Positions 51,786-60,777 of a stretch of 64,000 nt of DNA are shown one piece after another. The position numbers were made by a program, and so were the translations under genes. Numbering within the stretch: the stretch's first letter is position 1; each line of letters starts with the position of its first letter. Location of the stretch: the IMG/VR virus record IMGVR_UViG_2643221865_000004; one strand, given 5' to 3'. The DNA comes from an uncultured virus (IMG/VR IMGVR_UViG_2643221865_000004) (lineage: Duplodnaviria > Heunggongvirae > Uroviricota > Caudoviricetes). The notes under the pieces are model-generated. The model saw only the letters and a list, made by a program, of their open reading frames with translations, did no database searches and was not told the origin of the DNA.

Positions 51786-52297
51786 CGTCGTGCCAGGTCG
51801 ACGTGATGTGCGAAACGGTTGCGGGCCCGGTCACGGACCGCCGCGATCTCCTTCGCAGACAGGCCGTACAGGACGATCAACCCCGCCACGAAAGCAGCCA
51901 TAGTGAGCGGGATGGCGTACTGCTTGCCGATGAAGATGAGCGCGGCGCAGCAGACGGCGCTGACGATCAGGTAGGACGACATTCGGCGCCAGAACTGCTT
52001 CCTGAACAGCGGCGATCGACCCTCCTCAGCGATGAGCCGGTCTTCCTCCCGCAGCCACAGTTCCACGTCGTCCTCGGATGCGAAGGTGATGGGCTCATCG
52101 TCGTAGAACACGGCGGATCGACGGTCGGCACCTGTGATGGTCCCGTGGACGGTGGCCGAGGCGCCGGTCTCTGAGCTGGCCTCCAGGTCAGCGGATTCGA
52201 TGAGCATCATCACCTCTCCGCTGCCGTCGGGGATCAGCACCCAGCGGTCCTTGAGGGCGTCCTCGGTGGCAGTCCACGCGGTCAGTTTTCCGGTCAT
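51782..52297 (-). CDS. Membrane protein (two C-terminal TMs)
   Basis: ATGA-coupled on both sides. Confidence 0.7.
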   Translation of the reverse strand: MTGKLTAWTATEDALKDRWVLIPDGSGEVMMLIESADLEASSETGASATVHGTITGADRRSAVFYDDEPITFASEDDVELWLREEDRLIAEEGRSPLFRKQFWRRMSSYLIVSAVCCAALIFIGKQYAIPLTMAAFVAGLIVLYGLSAKEIAAVRDRARNRFAHHVDLARR

Positions 52298-53439
52298 GCG
52301 GCGATCACCGAGCGGACGGAGTCGATCAGGTCGAACGCTTCCGGCCACGCGAACATCCGGGGGCCGGTGACGAACTTGTTGTAGGACTGGTCGTACACGA
52401 TCCGCTCCCAGGTGGGTGCGAGGAGCCCGTCGATGACAGGCTTGTCGTCGAAGAGGATGTCGCCCTTGATGAGGGTCTTGTCCTGGGTGAGGACGACCCT
52501 CTTCACCATGTCCTTGCCAAAGTGCTCGCCGATCGCCCACAGCTTGTCGGACGCGCACGACTCGTTGTAGAGCGCCGGCGTGGAGCAGAACAGCACGTTG
52601 ACACCTGCGTCGACGAGGGCGCGGATCACTTCGACGGCTCCCGGGAACACGTCGAGCTCGCGGAACAGGCCGGGCCATGCCATCGCCTCGCGGAGAGCGG
52701 CGGCTTCGTCGGCTGGGGTGTTGGGGAAGAAGTCCCATTCGTCGCGGGTGCCGGCGTCGGCGATCTTCACGTTCGGGTGGTTGATCCGGGCACGGCGAAC
52801 GATTCCGCCTTCCCAGTCGAAGATGACACCGTCCATGTCGAACAGGACTGTGAACGGGTCGGTGCTGTAGTCGCGGCCGGAGGCGACATGCCCGGCGATG
52901 ATGTCGAACAGCTGATCCCAGCTGGTCATCCGGCGGCCGGGGGTGTTCCGGTTGTACGGCTGGTCGAACACCACCTGCTCCCACTCGGGGATCATGCTGC
53001 CTGTGATCTCCGGCTTGTCGTCCAGCAGGATGTCGCCGCGGACGACGGTCTTGTCGAACGTGAGGATGGTGTTGGCTGCGACCTTGTCGCCGAAGTTGGC
53101 TGCGTTCCACACGAGTTTGTCGCTGGCGCAGCTGGGGTTGTCGGCTGACGGTGTGGTGCAGACGAAGTGGTTGATCCCCCGGTCGTGAAGCTTCCGGAAC
53201 GCCTTCTGGGCGCCGGGGGTGACGGGGAGGTTCCCGTAGAAGCCGGCGGTGTTCATCGTGGCTCGGAAGGCGTCCCGCTCTTCCGCCGGGAGTGTGAGGT
53301 GGAAGTCCCACTGGTCTCGGGTTCCGGCGTCGGCGAACGTCAGGTGCGGGTAGGCGGCACGGACGTCACGGATGAGCCCTCCCTCCCAGTCGGCCATGGG
53401 GGCGTCCTGGTCGGAGAGCACGATGAAAGGTGTGGTCAT
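52294..53439 (-). CDS. Tandem-domain 5'(3')-deoxyribonucleotidase (NT5C, HAD)
   Basis: Two copies: SDQDAP and FDMDGV; CASDKL twice; DKT..GDIL.DDKP twice; DQ.YN twice. Confidence 0.88.
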   Translation of the reverse strand: MTTPFIVLSDQDAPMADWEGGLIRDVRAAYPHLTFADAGTRDQWDFHLTLPAEERDAFRATMNTAGFYGNLPVTPGAQKAFRKLHDRGINHFVCTTPSADNPSCASDKLVWNAANFGDKVAANTILTFDKTVVRGDILLDDKPEITGSMIPEWEQVVFDQPYNRNTPGRRMTSWDQLFDIIAGHVASGRDYSTDPFTVLFDMDGVIFDWEGGIVRRARINHPNVKIADAGTRDEWDFFPNTPADEAAALREAMAWPGLFRELDVFPGAVEVIRALVDAGVNVLFCSTPALYNESCASDKLWAIGEHFGKDMVKRVVLTQDKTLIKGDILFDDKPVIDGLLAPTWERIVYDQSYNKFVTGPRMFAWPEAFDLIDSVRSVIAA

Positions 53440-53483
53440 ATCCCCCACATGTGCGGATGTTGCCGGGTTTGCTGCATCCAGGC

Positions 53484-53891
53484 TCAGTTGCCTGCCGCCG
53501 TCGCATCTTGCATGGCTGCGTCGAGCACCGTCGCGGTGTCGCACCAGTCGGTGCTGCCGTCGTCAGCATGGACCAGTGGCGGTGCTGCGGCCGGCACGTC
53601 CGGCAGGGCATCTCCGGCGTTGGCGGCATGGAAGTCCTTGACGGCAGCGTTGAATGCTGCGGCGGCCAGCGGCCATTCCGTGTCAGCTTCGGTCGCATCC
53701 CCTGTCAGCTGCATCGTGCAGCCGTTGGACGCGATGGTGAGCAGCTGTGTCCAGGAGGACATCACTTTCGCGGAACCCAGCACCTTCACCTGCTGCACCC
53801 CGGTGACGCCTTCAGCGGCATCCGTCAGGCCGGAGCATCCGGACAGGGTGATGACGGCGATGGCGGCTGCGGCGAGCAGGGCCTTCTTCAT
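53484..53891 (-). CDS. Putative lipoprotein
   Basis: MKKALLAAAAIAVITLSGC lipobox. Confidence 0.75.
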   Translation of the reverse strand: MKKALLAAAAIAVITLSGCSGLTDAAEGVTGVQQVKVLGSAKVMSSWTQLLTIASNGCTMQLTGDATEADTEWPLAAAAFNAAVKDFHAANAGDALPDVPAAAPPLVHADDGSTDWCDTATVLDAAMQDATAAGN

Positions 53892-54223
53892 GCGGCGGCG
53901 CCGTAGGAGTCATGGGCAGCGTTCAGCAGGTCGAGCTGTGCCCGGTGGACACCGTGGCCGACGAGAGGTTCGGTGAGAGTCGCCAGTGCGGGACCGTACA
54001 GTCCTGGGCGCCCGGAGAGCTTGCCGAGGAACTCAGAGGTTTCCGGGTCGGCATCGACGGCCGCTTCCGCGGCTTTCCGGTACCAGTAGCGGAAGTCGAT
54101 GATGCTCTCAGCACAGTCTGCGATGGCTTCCCGGTCGGTTTCGGGGATGCTCTCCAACCATTCCAGGACCTGCTCTGCTGCGCGGTGGTTGAGGACGGTC
54201 TGTGGTTCGGCGATGACGCTCAT
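53888..54223 (-). CDS. Hypothetical protein
   Basis: ATG 10 nt after the motif at 54234; ATGA overlap with the lipoprotein. Confidence 0.7.
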   Translation of the reverse strand: MSVIAEPQTVLNHRAAEQVLEWLESIPETDREAIADCAESIIDFRYWYRKAAEAAVDADPETSEFLGKLSGRPGLYGPALATLTEPLVGHGVHRAQLDLLNAAHDSYGAAA

Positions 54224-54233
54224 GTGTTCAGGC

Positions 54234-54257
54234 CATGTGGCGATGGTCCGCCACATG
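54234..54257. promoter_or_regulatory. Back-to-back CGCCACATG motifs serving divergent genes
   Basis: CATGTGGCG-ATGGTC-CGCCACATG; starts at 54223 and 54268, each exactly 10 nt away. Confidence 0.78.
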
Positions 54258-54267
54258 GCTTTCCGTT

Positions 54268-54927
54268 GTGAGTCACCCCGACATCGAGCAATGGGCGCGG
54301 CTGGAACGGAAGTACCAGGCGCGCGACTACGCCGGAGAACCTGACAGGTCATCCGGGTATTTGGTGAACCGCGGATCCGAGATCCTGCTGGTCGCACCGC
54401 ATTCAGTGAACTCGATCCGCCACGGCGTTGAACGGCCAGCTGATGCCGGCACTGGCGGGCTTGCTGAACTTCTGGGCGCGAAGACGGATGTGAGCGTCCT
54501 GACGTTCGCCCGCACAGCCCCGTCCTGGGAGACGTGGAACACCCGTGAGGACGACTTCACCCGCATCCTCCGCGACCAGCTGGGCGGGGTTCGTCTGGTG
54601 GTTGTGCTGCAGGGTATGGCGGACAGGCACGGCGTTGACATCTGCGTCGGGCTCGGCCCGGACCCGTCAGAGTTGACAGATCACGCGTCGAAGGTTCTGC
54701 TGCGAGCTTTCAACGGGTACGAAGCGTCGGAGAACTTCCCTTTCACCGGGGAGCCTGAGTACACCGTCACGTCGTTCACCCAGAAGACCGGACCGGCGAC
54801 TGCTGTGCAGGTGGATGTCGCGGCTGTCCACCGGGACTTCGCCGCCAGCGCCAAGTCTGGGGTTCGAGCTGTCGCTCGTTTCACTAGCGCTCTCACATCA
54901 CTGCAGCATCACCTCGGCTCGGACTGA
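54268..54927 (+). CDS. N-formylglutamate amidohydrolase-like (Zn-carboxypeptidase fold) protein
   Basis: ILLVAPH, DICVG, ENFPFTG, AVQVDV; metal ligands look degenerate. Confidence 0.55.
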   Translation: MSHPDIEQWARLERKYQARDYAGEPDRSSGYLVNRGSEILLVAPHSVNSIRHGVERPADAGTGGLAELLGAKTDVSVLTFARTAPSWETWNTREDDFTRILRDQLGGVRLVVVLQGMADRHGVDICVGLGPDPSELTDHASKVLLRAFNGYEASENFPFTGEPEYTVTSFTQKTGPATAVQVDVAAVHRDFAASAKSGVRAVARFTSALTSLQHHLGSD

Positions 54928-54936
54928 CGCCACCCG

Positions 54937-55665
54937 TCAGTTCTGGGCGGCGACCTGAGCTGCGATCACCCCTGGCGGGCCCGCTGACAGTGGCCTCCAT
55001 GACTCCAGGACGCCGACGGCGGCGATCCGTTCACGTGATGAGTACAGCGGATTGCAGGTTGTGAGGGTGATCAGACGTTCGGTCGGCTCTGCTCCCTCGG
55101 CTCCGGGGACCGGCCAGATGACGTCGATCTTGTCAGGGCTGATGATCCGCTCCGACCGGAACCGGTAGGTGTACCACCCGTCCGCGGTCTGCACGATGAT
55201 CGGATCCCCCGGAACCAACTGGTCGATGAGGTGCATCGCACCTCCGTACGCGGACCGGTGCCCGGCGATCGCGAAGTTACCCGTATCACCCGGCATCTGC
55301 GTTCCGGGGTAATGCCCTATTCCCAGGTCGAAACTGTTCAGCACCTCGGCGCCGAACCCTTCCGCGATCGTCCTCCGATAGTCGGGTCCGTAACGCGGGA
55401 CGTACAGGACAGCGAATGCTGTTCCTGCCTGCGGTGCCTCTCCTACGGTGGGGTCTCCGAACTCGGCGCTGTGTGGGGTGACATCCTCACTCGCGGCGGC
55501 GATCCACGCTTCTGACTGCGCTGCAGCAGCATCCGACTGGTGGGTTGCGTAGGTGACGTCCTGCCAGCCCAGCTTCCAGCCGACGAACATCAGCAGAAGC
55601 ACTGCGCCGGAGATCAGCACCTCGCCGATGGCGGTGCAGACCAGCGTGAATGTCGAAGGCTTCAT
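54937..55665 (-). CDS. Class E sortase (second copy)
   Basis: GHYPGTQMPG, AGHRSAYG, ITLTTCNP, RERI; CCGCACATG-N8-ATG. Confidence 0.9.
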   Translation of the reverse strand: MKPSTFTLVCTAIGEVLISGAVLLLMFVGWKLGWQDVTYATHQSDAAAAQSEAWIAAASEDVTPHSAEFGDPTVGEAPQAGTAFAVLYVPRYGPDYRRTIAEGFGAEVLNSFDLGIGHYPGTQMPGDTGNFAIAGHRSAYGGAMHLIDQLVPGDPIIVQTADGWYTYRFRSERIISPDKIDVIWPVPGAEGAEPTERLITLTTCNPLYSSRERIAAVGVLESWRPLSAGPPGVIAAQVAAQN

Positions 55666-55787
55666 GTTCACCACATGTGCGGATCAGAACGGATCCGCCT
55701 CCCGAAGTTGTGCCGCCACATGCCTGAATGGTGGGAGCGGATGACGCGCCCGACCCTTTTCGCCGTCCTTCCCTCATCGGAGCCTTC

Positions 55788-56267
55788 GTGACCGACTACC
55801 AGTACCCCAGCGTCTTCTTCCCCGCCCGGCCGCAGTTCGCAGTCACCGTCCCGGACGACTGGTCCCCGCACCTGACCGACGGGGTCGAGTTCGCTGTTGT
55901 CCGCGACGCCGAGGAAGGGGATGGCGGTTTCCGGCCGAACGTCTCCGTCACCATCACCCGTGTCATCGGCGAAGCGGACCTGACCGTGTTCGCCACCGAG
56001 ATCGGCACATCCCTGTCTGAAGTACCGTCCGTGCAGATCCTTGGCGCCGAACTCCGCGAAGTCCTCGACAACCCCGGGATCCGCATCGAAATGACGTTCC
56101 CGCACCCGAGCCTCGGCGAGCCGATCTTCCAGGCGATCAACGGCACCGTCATCCAGCACGACCTCGTCGCAGACCTGATCACCATCTCCGGGTGCTGCAC
56201 CGTGGAGCAATCTAAGGAGCTCCTCGCAACCATCCGCGAGATCGTCGAGTCAGCCCGGCTCGAGTAG
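55788..56267 (+). CDS. LpqN/DcrB(PsbP-fold)-like protein
   Basis: VPDDW, GFRPNVSV; GGAG RBS and GTG start. Confidence 0.55.
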   Translation: MTDYQYPSVFFPARPQFAVTVPDDWSPHLTDGVEFAVVRDAEEGDGGFRPNVSVTITRVIGEADLTVFATEIGTSLSEVPSVQILGAELREVLDNPGIRIEMTFPHPSLGEPIFQAINGTVIQHDLVADLITISGCCTVEQSKELLATIREIVESARLE

Positions 56268-56376
56268 GAGCACCCGCAGCCCGGCCGGGGGCACGGCACG
56301 CACCGTTTGCCACATGGCTCACAGCTGACAACCAGCCGGCACGCAGTCGTGTCCGGCCGAAGCTGGAAGGCCACCG

Positions 56377-57834
56377 ATGTTCCGCAAGCTCTACCGACCG
56401 CTACCCACCTTGGCAAGCCTGCGTGCTGCGATCGATCTCGCCTCGATCATGGTGGGTGTCATCGTCATCGCCATCATCGGTGCGATCATCGCCGCCAGCG
56501 TCTTCACCGTGATCCCCTGGTCCCAGGACGAGAAAGCGAAGGTGGATCTGACTGCGGTCAAGGACATCCAAGCCATCGCCAAGCTCCCGGCTCCCGGCGG
56601 TGTCGGAAGGTACCTGGAGACCGCCGACCTGACCAGCGGAGCCCTGGCCGGGTTCGAAGGTAAGAAGGTCGACGACCCCGGCACTCTGCTGGTCACCACC
56701 GACCAGGACGGCACCTGCTACGTCGCCACCTCTCGGTCCCAGTCCGGCCAGGTCGTCTGGTACGTCACCGACAAGAACCCAGCACCCCAGAAGACCGCCA
56801 TCGCCCCTGACTACTGCGGCATCGACGTCGTCCAGCAGGGCGAAGACACCCCCGGCCCCGGCAGCGGCCCCAGTGGCGGCGGACCAATCACACCAGTCGG
56901 AAACCCCGGCGACCCGGCCGTCGATGTGGACGGATACGTGCCCACAGGGCAGCCCAACCCGACCGTATTCGCTGACCGCAACGGTGGCGGCCTCGGAACC
57001 AACCCGTCCGGCGCCGGACCGTCACGCTCCTACAACGTCACAGCTGTCATCGGCGGGCCTGGCCCGTCGAACCCTGCACTGCCGGTGATCACCGAAGCGC
57101 CAAGCGACACCACGATCTCCGATGTTCACGCATGGATTGGCACGAAGGAAGTCTCCGTCACCCAGTCAGGTTGGTTCCTGATGAGCGGCAACGCGAGCGC
57201 TGTGGTCATCGGGAACAACAACTTCAAGGTCGGTTCCGGATGGAACTCCACCGTCAGGTCATGGTGGGAGGACGGCTACCTGTCCTTCAAGGTGGGCGGC
57301 GGACAGCCGAACATCATGCGCATGAACGGGGCAACGTCACCCATGCTCGACTCCCTGTCGAACGACTACGGTGAGGACTTCGTCTGGCCGGCCGTCGCTG
57401 AGGCCACAGCGGCAAGGTCGGGCGTGAGCGACTGGAGCTACGGAGCCGGCTTCGAAAGCTTGTTCAGCACTGTCCGGCCGTTCACCCCCGCCGACATCAA
57501 GTCGTTGCCGTTCCTGAAGAACATCCACGCGACCGGCGGCGCAACCATCAACCTGACCAACGGTGTCATCCACCTGGCCGACGGACGGAACCTGTCGTTG
57601 GCGAAGGACCTTGCCTACTTCGACTCGTCGGAGCCGTGGCTGACGATGAGGACCTTCTCCGACGGAGACGGACAGTTCACGTCCGTCACCACCGTCGTCA
57701 ACGAGGCCAAAGCACTGAAGGGCATCACCCGCGCGGAGCTGCTCGGCGCCACGATCACATTCGAGTCGAACGGCACCAACACCATCAAGCTGGTCGACAA
57801 GCACTGGTACGACACCAAGTTCAACCGGAACTGA
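56377..57834 (+). CDS. Large pilin-like protein (minor pilin or adhesin)
   Basis: N-terminal AA-IDLASIMVGVIVIAIIGAIIAASVFTVIPW, nearly identical to 42321-42881, plus a beta-rich C-terminal extension. Confidence 0.75.
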   Translation: MFRKLYRPLPTLASLRAAIDLASIMVGVIVIAIIGAIIAASVFTVIPWSQDEKAKVDLTAVKDIQAIAKLPAPGGVGRYLETADLTSGALAGFEGKKVDDPGTLLVTTDQDGTCYVATSRSQSGQVVWYVTDKNPAPQKTAIAPDYCGIDVVQQGEDTPGPGSGPSGGGPITPVGNPGDPAVDVDGYVPTGQPNPTVFADRNGGGLGTNPSGAGPSRSYNVTAVIGGPGPSNPALPVITEAPSDTTISDVHAWIGTKEVSVTQSGWFLMSGNASAVVIGNNNFKVGSGWNSTVRSWWEDGYLSFKVGGGQPNIMRMNGATSPMLDSLSNDYGEDFVWPAVAEATAARSGVSDWSYGAGFESLFSTVRPFTPADIKSLPFLKNIHATGGATINLTNGVIHLADGRNLSLAKDLAYFDSSEPWLTMRTFSDGDGQFTSVTTVVNEAKALKGITRAELLGATITFESNGTNTIKLVDKHWYDTKFNRN

Positions 57835-57843
57835 CACTGTGAA

Positions 57844-57881
57844 AAACGAAAGGCTCACCTGCGAAGGTGAGCCTTTCGTTT
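57844..57881. terminator. Bidirectional terminator between convergent genes
   Basis: AAACGAAAGGCTCACCT-GCGA-AGGTGAGCCTTTCGTTT perfect 17-bp stem. Confidence 0.85.
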
Positions 57882-58407
57882 ACGCCAATCCGAGGCTGAC
57901 CATGTCAGCTCCGGTGCTGGCGATCGCGAGCAACAACGTGTCACGGCTGGTGACGATCCGCGGCTCGTATCGGAGCGGCATTCTGGCCTCTTCCGGTGTT
58001 CTTGCCGCCTTGATGTTGTTGCATCGAAGGCAACTCGAGATCGTGTTCGTCCAGGTGTTCGGGTTCCCCTTCACCCTGGATCTCGGCATGATGTGGTCGA
58101 TTGTCATCGCCCCGGTGCGGCCGCAGTAGGCGCACCCGAGCCCGCGGTCACGTTCGATCACGCCGGAACGGGTCCACGGCTGAACCATGTACTTGTAGGG
58201 AACACGGACCATCTCTCTGAACTGCACCACGCGGGGCACCGGGAACTCCGCCGACGCGGACTTGAAAGTCTGGCCGGGGACAGCTTCGACGATGGATGCG
58301 CGCTCGCGCACGAGGTACGCCATGGCTCGGCGGAGAGGAACGACACCCAGCGGTTCGAAGCTGGCGTTCAAGACGACTACGGCGGACACGATGGGGGCTC
58401 CTTTCAT
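57880..58407 (-). CDS. HNH endonuclease
   Basis: VLNASFEPL, CAYCG, TIDHIMPRSR, NTWTN.ISSCLRCNNIK. Confidence 0.9.
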   Translation of the reverse strand: MKGAPIVSAVVVLNASFEPLGVVPLRRAMAYLVRERASIVEAVPGQTFKSASAEFPVPRVVQFREMVRVPYKYMVQPWTRSGVIERDRGLGCAYCGRTGAMTIDHIMPRSRVKGNPNTWTNTISSCLRCNNIKAARTPEEARMPLRYEPRIVTSRDTLLLAIASTGADMVSLGLA

Positions 58408-58469
58408 CCCAGAGGCGTGCGTGTGTTCAGTTGTGAGGCATGTGGTGAACGCACAGTGGATGAAGGAAT

Positions 58470-58543
58470 TGGAGGCGCCTACGGGACTCGAACCCGTGTG
58501 CCCGCTTTTGCAGAGCGGTACCTAGCCTCTCGGTCAAGGCGCC
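58470..58543 (-). tRNA. tRNA-Cys(GCA)
   Basis: GGCGCCT acceptor, CCGCT-CTGCAAA-AGCGG anticodon arm, GGTTCGAGTCCC T-arm, encoded CCA. Confidence 0.93.
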
Positions 58544-58561
58544 ATGGTGGCCGGCCCAGGT

Positions 58562-59059
58562 TTACGGGCGGCCGATCGCCTCAGCGGCGACCTGGTCGGC
58601 TTCCGACCCAGTCGGCTTCAGGGCTCTCCGGGCGACGGATGCCAGTCCGGTGTAGACGGCTCCGGCGGCAGCTGCGGCCAGTGCGACGCTGCCGGCCCCG
58701 ACATCAGCTCCGGCTCCGGCGGCGAGGATGCCGACGGTGAAGCCGGCGCCCATGACACCGGCGGCGTGGGAGGTGATGGCGACGGAGTGGCGTTGCGCCC
58801 AGGTGCTGTTCTTGTGCGCTGCCTGGTGGATCCGGTAGTACCGTTCCACCTCGGTGTCGCGTTCCCAGCCGGTGAGGTCTGGACGGTCGGTGTCGACGGC
58901 AGTTTCAGCCCACGCCCATGACTTCTGCTCGTCACGGCTCGTGGGTGCCTGCAGCTCGTATCCGTGCCGGGCGCGGCGGGCGGCGTACCGTCCGCTGTTC
59001 TCGGTGGATCCGCGCAGGATCCCGTCCTGGTCTTCCCACACTCCGGCGTGATCTGTCAT
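58562..59059 (-). CDS. Membrane-associated hypothetical protein
   Basis: CACACTTA-N6-ATG; N-terminal ENSGRYA; two C-terminal hydrophobic helices. Confidence 0.7.
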   Translation of the reverse strand: MTDHAGVWEDQDGILRGSTENSGRYAARRARHGYELQAPTSRDEQKSWAWAETAVDTDRPDLTGWERDTEVERYYRIHQAAHKNSTWAQRHSVAITSHAAGVMGAGFTVGILAAGAGADVGAGSVALAAAAAGAVYTGLASVARRALKPTGSEADQVAAEAIGRP

Positions 59060-59081
59060 GGAGCGTAAGTGTGTGGGCTGT

Positions 59082-59690
59082 TCAGGCGACCCTGCCGAGC
59101 CACTCCTCGATCGCCTTGATGGGGACGGGCGTGAAGTCGTGAGCGTCGACTCCGACGTGGAACTGGCGCGGGTGGGTGCCGTCGGTCGCCTGCGTGGCGT
59201 GGGTGTGTCCGTGGACCAGCGGGAGGCCGGTGTCGACCGGCCGGAGCTCCGCGTACCGTTCGATGTCCTTCCGGGAGTCGCCGACGTACGGGTAGTGGGA
59301 GAGCAGCACCCGACGGCCGCCGATCTCCGCCTCCATGACCTCGTCGAGGATCGTCCAGCCGTACTTCTCGTAGAGACCGCGTTTCTTCTCGATCTCACGA
59401 CCTTCGTCGAAGGCGTGGGAGACACGGTCGTGGTTGCCGGGCAGGATGTACTTGTCTCCGTGGAGGGCACCGGTCAGAGCCAGTGACTCCTCCAGTGGTC
59501 CCATGGCGAGGTCGCCGAGGTGGATCACCCTCTGGTGGGGGGCGACGGCTCGGTTCCAGCGGGCGACGAGCTCACCGTTCATCTGGCCGGTGGACGTGAA
59601 GGGCCGACTGGCGAACTCGATGATGCGGGCGTGGCCCCAGTGGTGGTCGCTGGTGACGTGGTGGAACTCGAAATCGATCAGGCTGACCAT
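59082..59690 (-). CDS. Calcineurin-like metallophosphoesterase
   Basis: TSDHHWGH, HLGD, PGNHD, LSHYP, HGHTH, HVGVD. Confidence 0.9.
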   Translation of the reverse strand: MVSLIDFEFHHVTSDHHWGHARIIEFASRPFTSTGQMNGELVARWNRAVAPHQRVIHLGDLAMGPLEESLALTGALHGDKYILPGNHDRVSHAFDEGREIEKKRGLYEKYGWTILDEVMEAEIGGRRVLLSHYPYVGDSRKDIERYAELRPVDTGLPLVHGHTHATQATDGTHPRQFHVGVDAHDFTPVPIKAIEEWLGRVA

Positions 59691-60073
59691 GCGAAGGCCT
59701 TTCCCGCCTCCTGGACGGAAGGCGTTGCGTAGCGGTTGTTGGCTCGTTCGATGAGCTGGGTTTCGAAGTCGCGAAGGTAGCTGTGAACAGCCACCTCTTC
59801 CCGGGCAGGGAAGCCGCGACCCATGAACTTGACGGCGAGGGCTTCGCTGACGAGTCGGCGGACGAGGTCGCTGCTGAAGCCGCGTACTCGACCGTTGTGT
59901 GCGATAGATGGGTGCATGTCGCAGATGGACTTCAGGTCCACGTCCGGGATCTCGATCCCCCAGTCGGCGCGGAGGTCTCTGTTGATCTCGCTGACTTCGG
60001 TGATTTCCAGTTCGGTGCTGCTGCGACGTTGGTTGTTGCTGTAGTACATGGGTGGGGTGGGCTCCTCTTTCAT
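59678..60073 (-). CDS. Hypothetical protein
   Basis: Follows CCGCACATG at 60080; overlaps the start of the phosphoesterase. Confidence 0.6.
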   Translation of the reverse strand: MKEEPTPPMYYSNNQRRSSTELEITEVSEINRDLRADWGIEIPDVDLKSICDMHPSIAHNGRVRGFSSDLVRRLVSEALAVKFMGRGFPAREEVAVHSYLRDFETQLIERANNRYATPSVQEAGKAFAWSA

Positions 60074-60143
60074 CACCCACATGTGCGGCACCGGCAGGAA
60101 AAGCGTAGGAAGGCTCAGGGTTTCAAGCTGAGCTTGAAGGTTT

Positions 60144-60764
60144 CTACCCGCCGAACGAGGAGTGTCCGATCGAGCTGGACTTCGCGCCGGACCCGAACCC
60201 GCCGGACTTGCCGGCCTTGGAGGTTCCGCCGAAGCCGCCCTTCAGCGAGGTCTTCGATCCGACCTTCGACCCGGCCGGAGCGGCGGGGGCGACGTCGGGC
60301 TGGACCGCGGCGCCGGGTGCGGCGAACCCGCCAGCCTGGACCGGAGCCCATGACTGGACGCGGGGCGAGTCCCAACGGGATCCGCCGAACAGGAGCGGGC
60401 CGAGCCAGATGAAGCTGCCGCCGGCGTGGTGGTACGTGTTCCCGTACTTCTCGCTGGACTCGCACAGCTTCTCCGGGCTGTCGGAAACGGTCTCGCCGTC
60501 AGCTTTCAGCTTCGCGATCTGCTCAGTGACATCCGCGATGCAGTCTTCCTTCGACTTGTACGTGGGGCGTTCCGTGCCGTCTGCGACGACGTAGTTCTTC
60601 CCGTCGGCGCCGGGCATGACGATGCCTTCCTCGGGGACGGAGGAGCAGCCGGCGAGGGCCAGCATGGCGCCGGCGACACCGATGGCGGTGACGGTCTTGG
60701 CGATGGTCTTGTTGCGGTCGGCGGCGATGCCGGAGATGGTGAGGGTGCCGCGGCGGGTGGTCAC
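60144..60764 (-). CDS. YgiB/DUF1190-like lipoprotein
   Basis: LAGC lipobox, YKSKEDC...C, Gly/Ser tail KGGFGG; adjacent to the Gsp-synthase-like gene. Confidence 0.7.
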   Translation of the reverse strand: MTTRRGTLTISGIAADRNKTIAKTVTAIGVAGAMLALAGCSSVPEEGIVMPGADGKNYVVADGTERPTYKSKEDCIADVTEQIAKLKADGETVSDSPEKLCESSEKYGNTYHHAGGSFIWLGPLLFGGSRWDSPRVQSWAPVQAGGFAAPGAAVQPDVAPAAPAGSKVGSKTSLKGGFGGTSKAGKSGGFGSGAKSSSIGHSSFGG

Positions 60765-60777
60765 AGTTCCTGTGCTC

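Noticed and set aside
57880..58543. HNH plus tRNA-Cys as an integration site or mobile intron
   Set aside because: The tRNA is intact, and no integrase, duplicated tRNA-Cys end or intron structure is seen.
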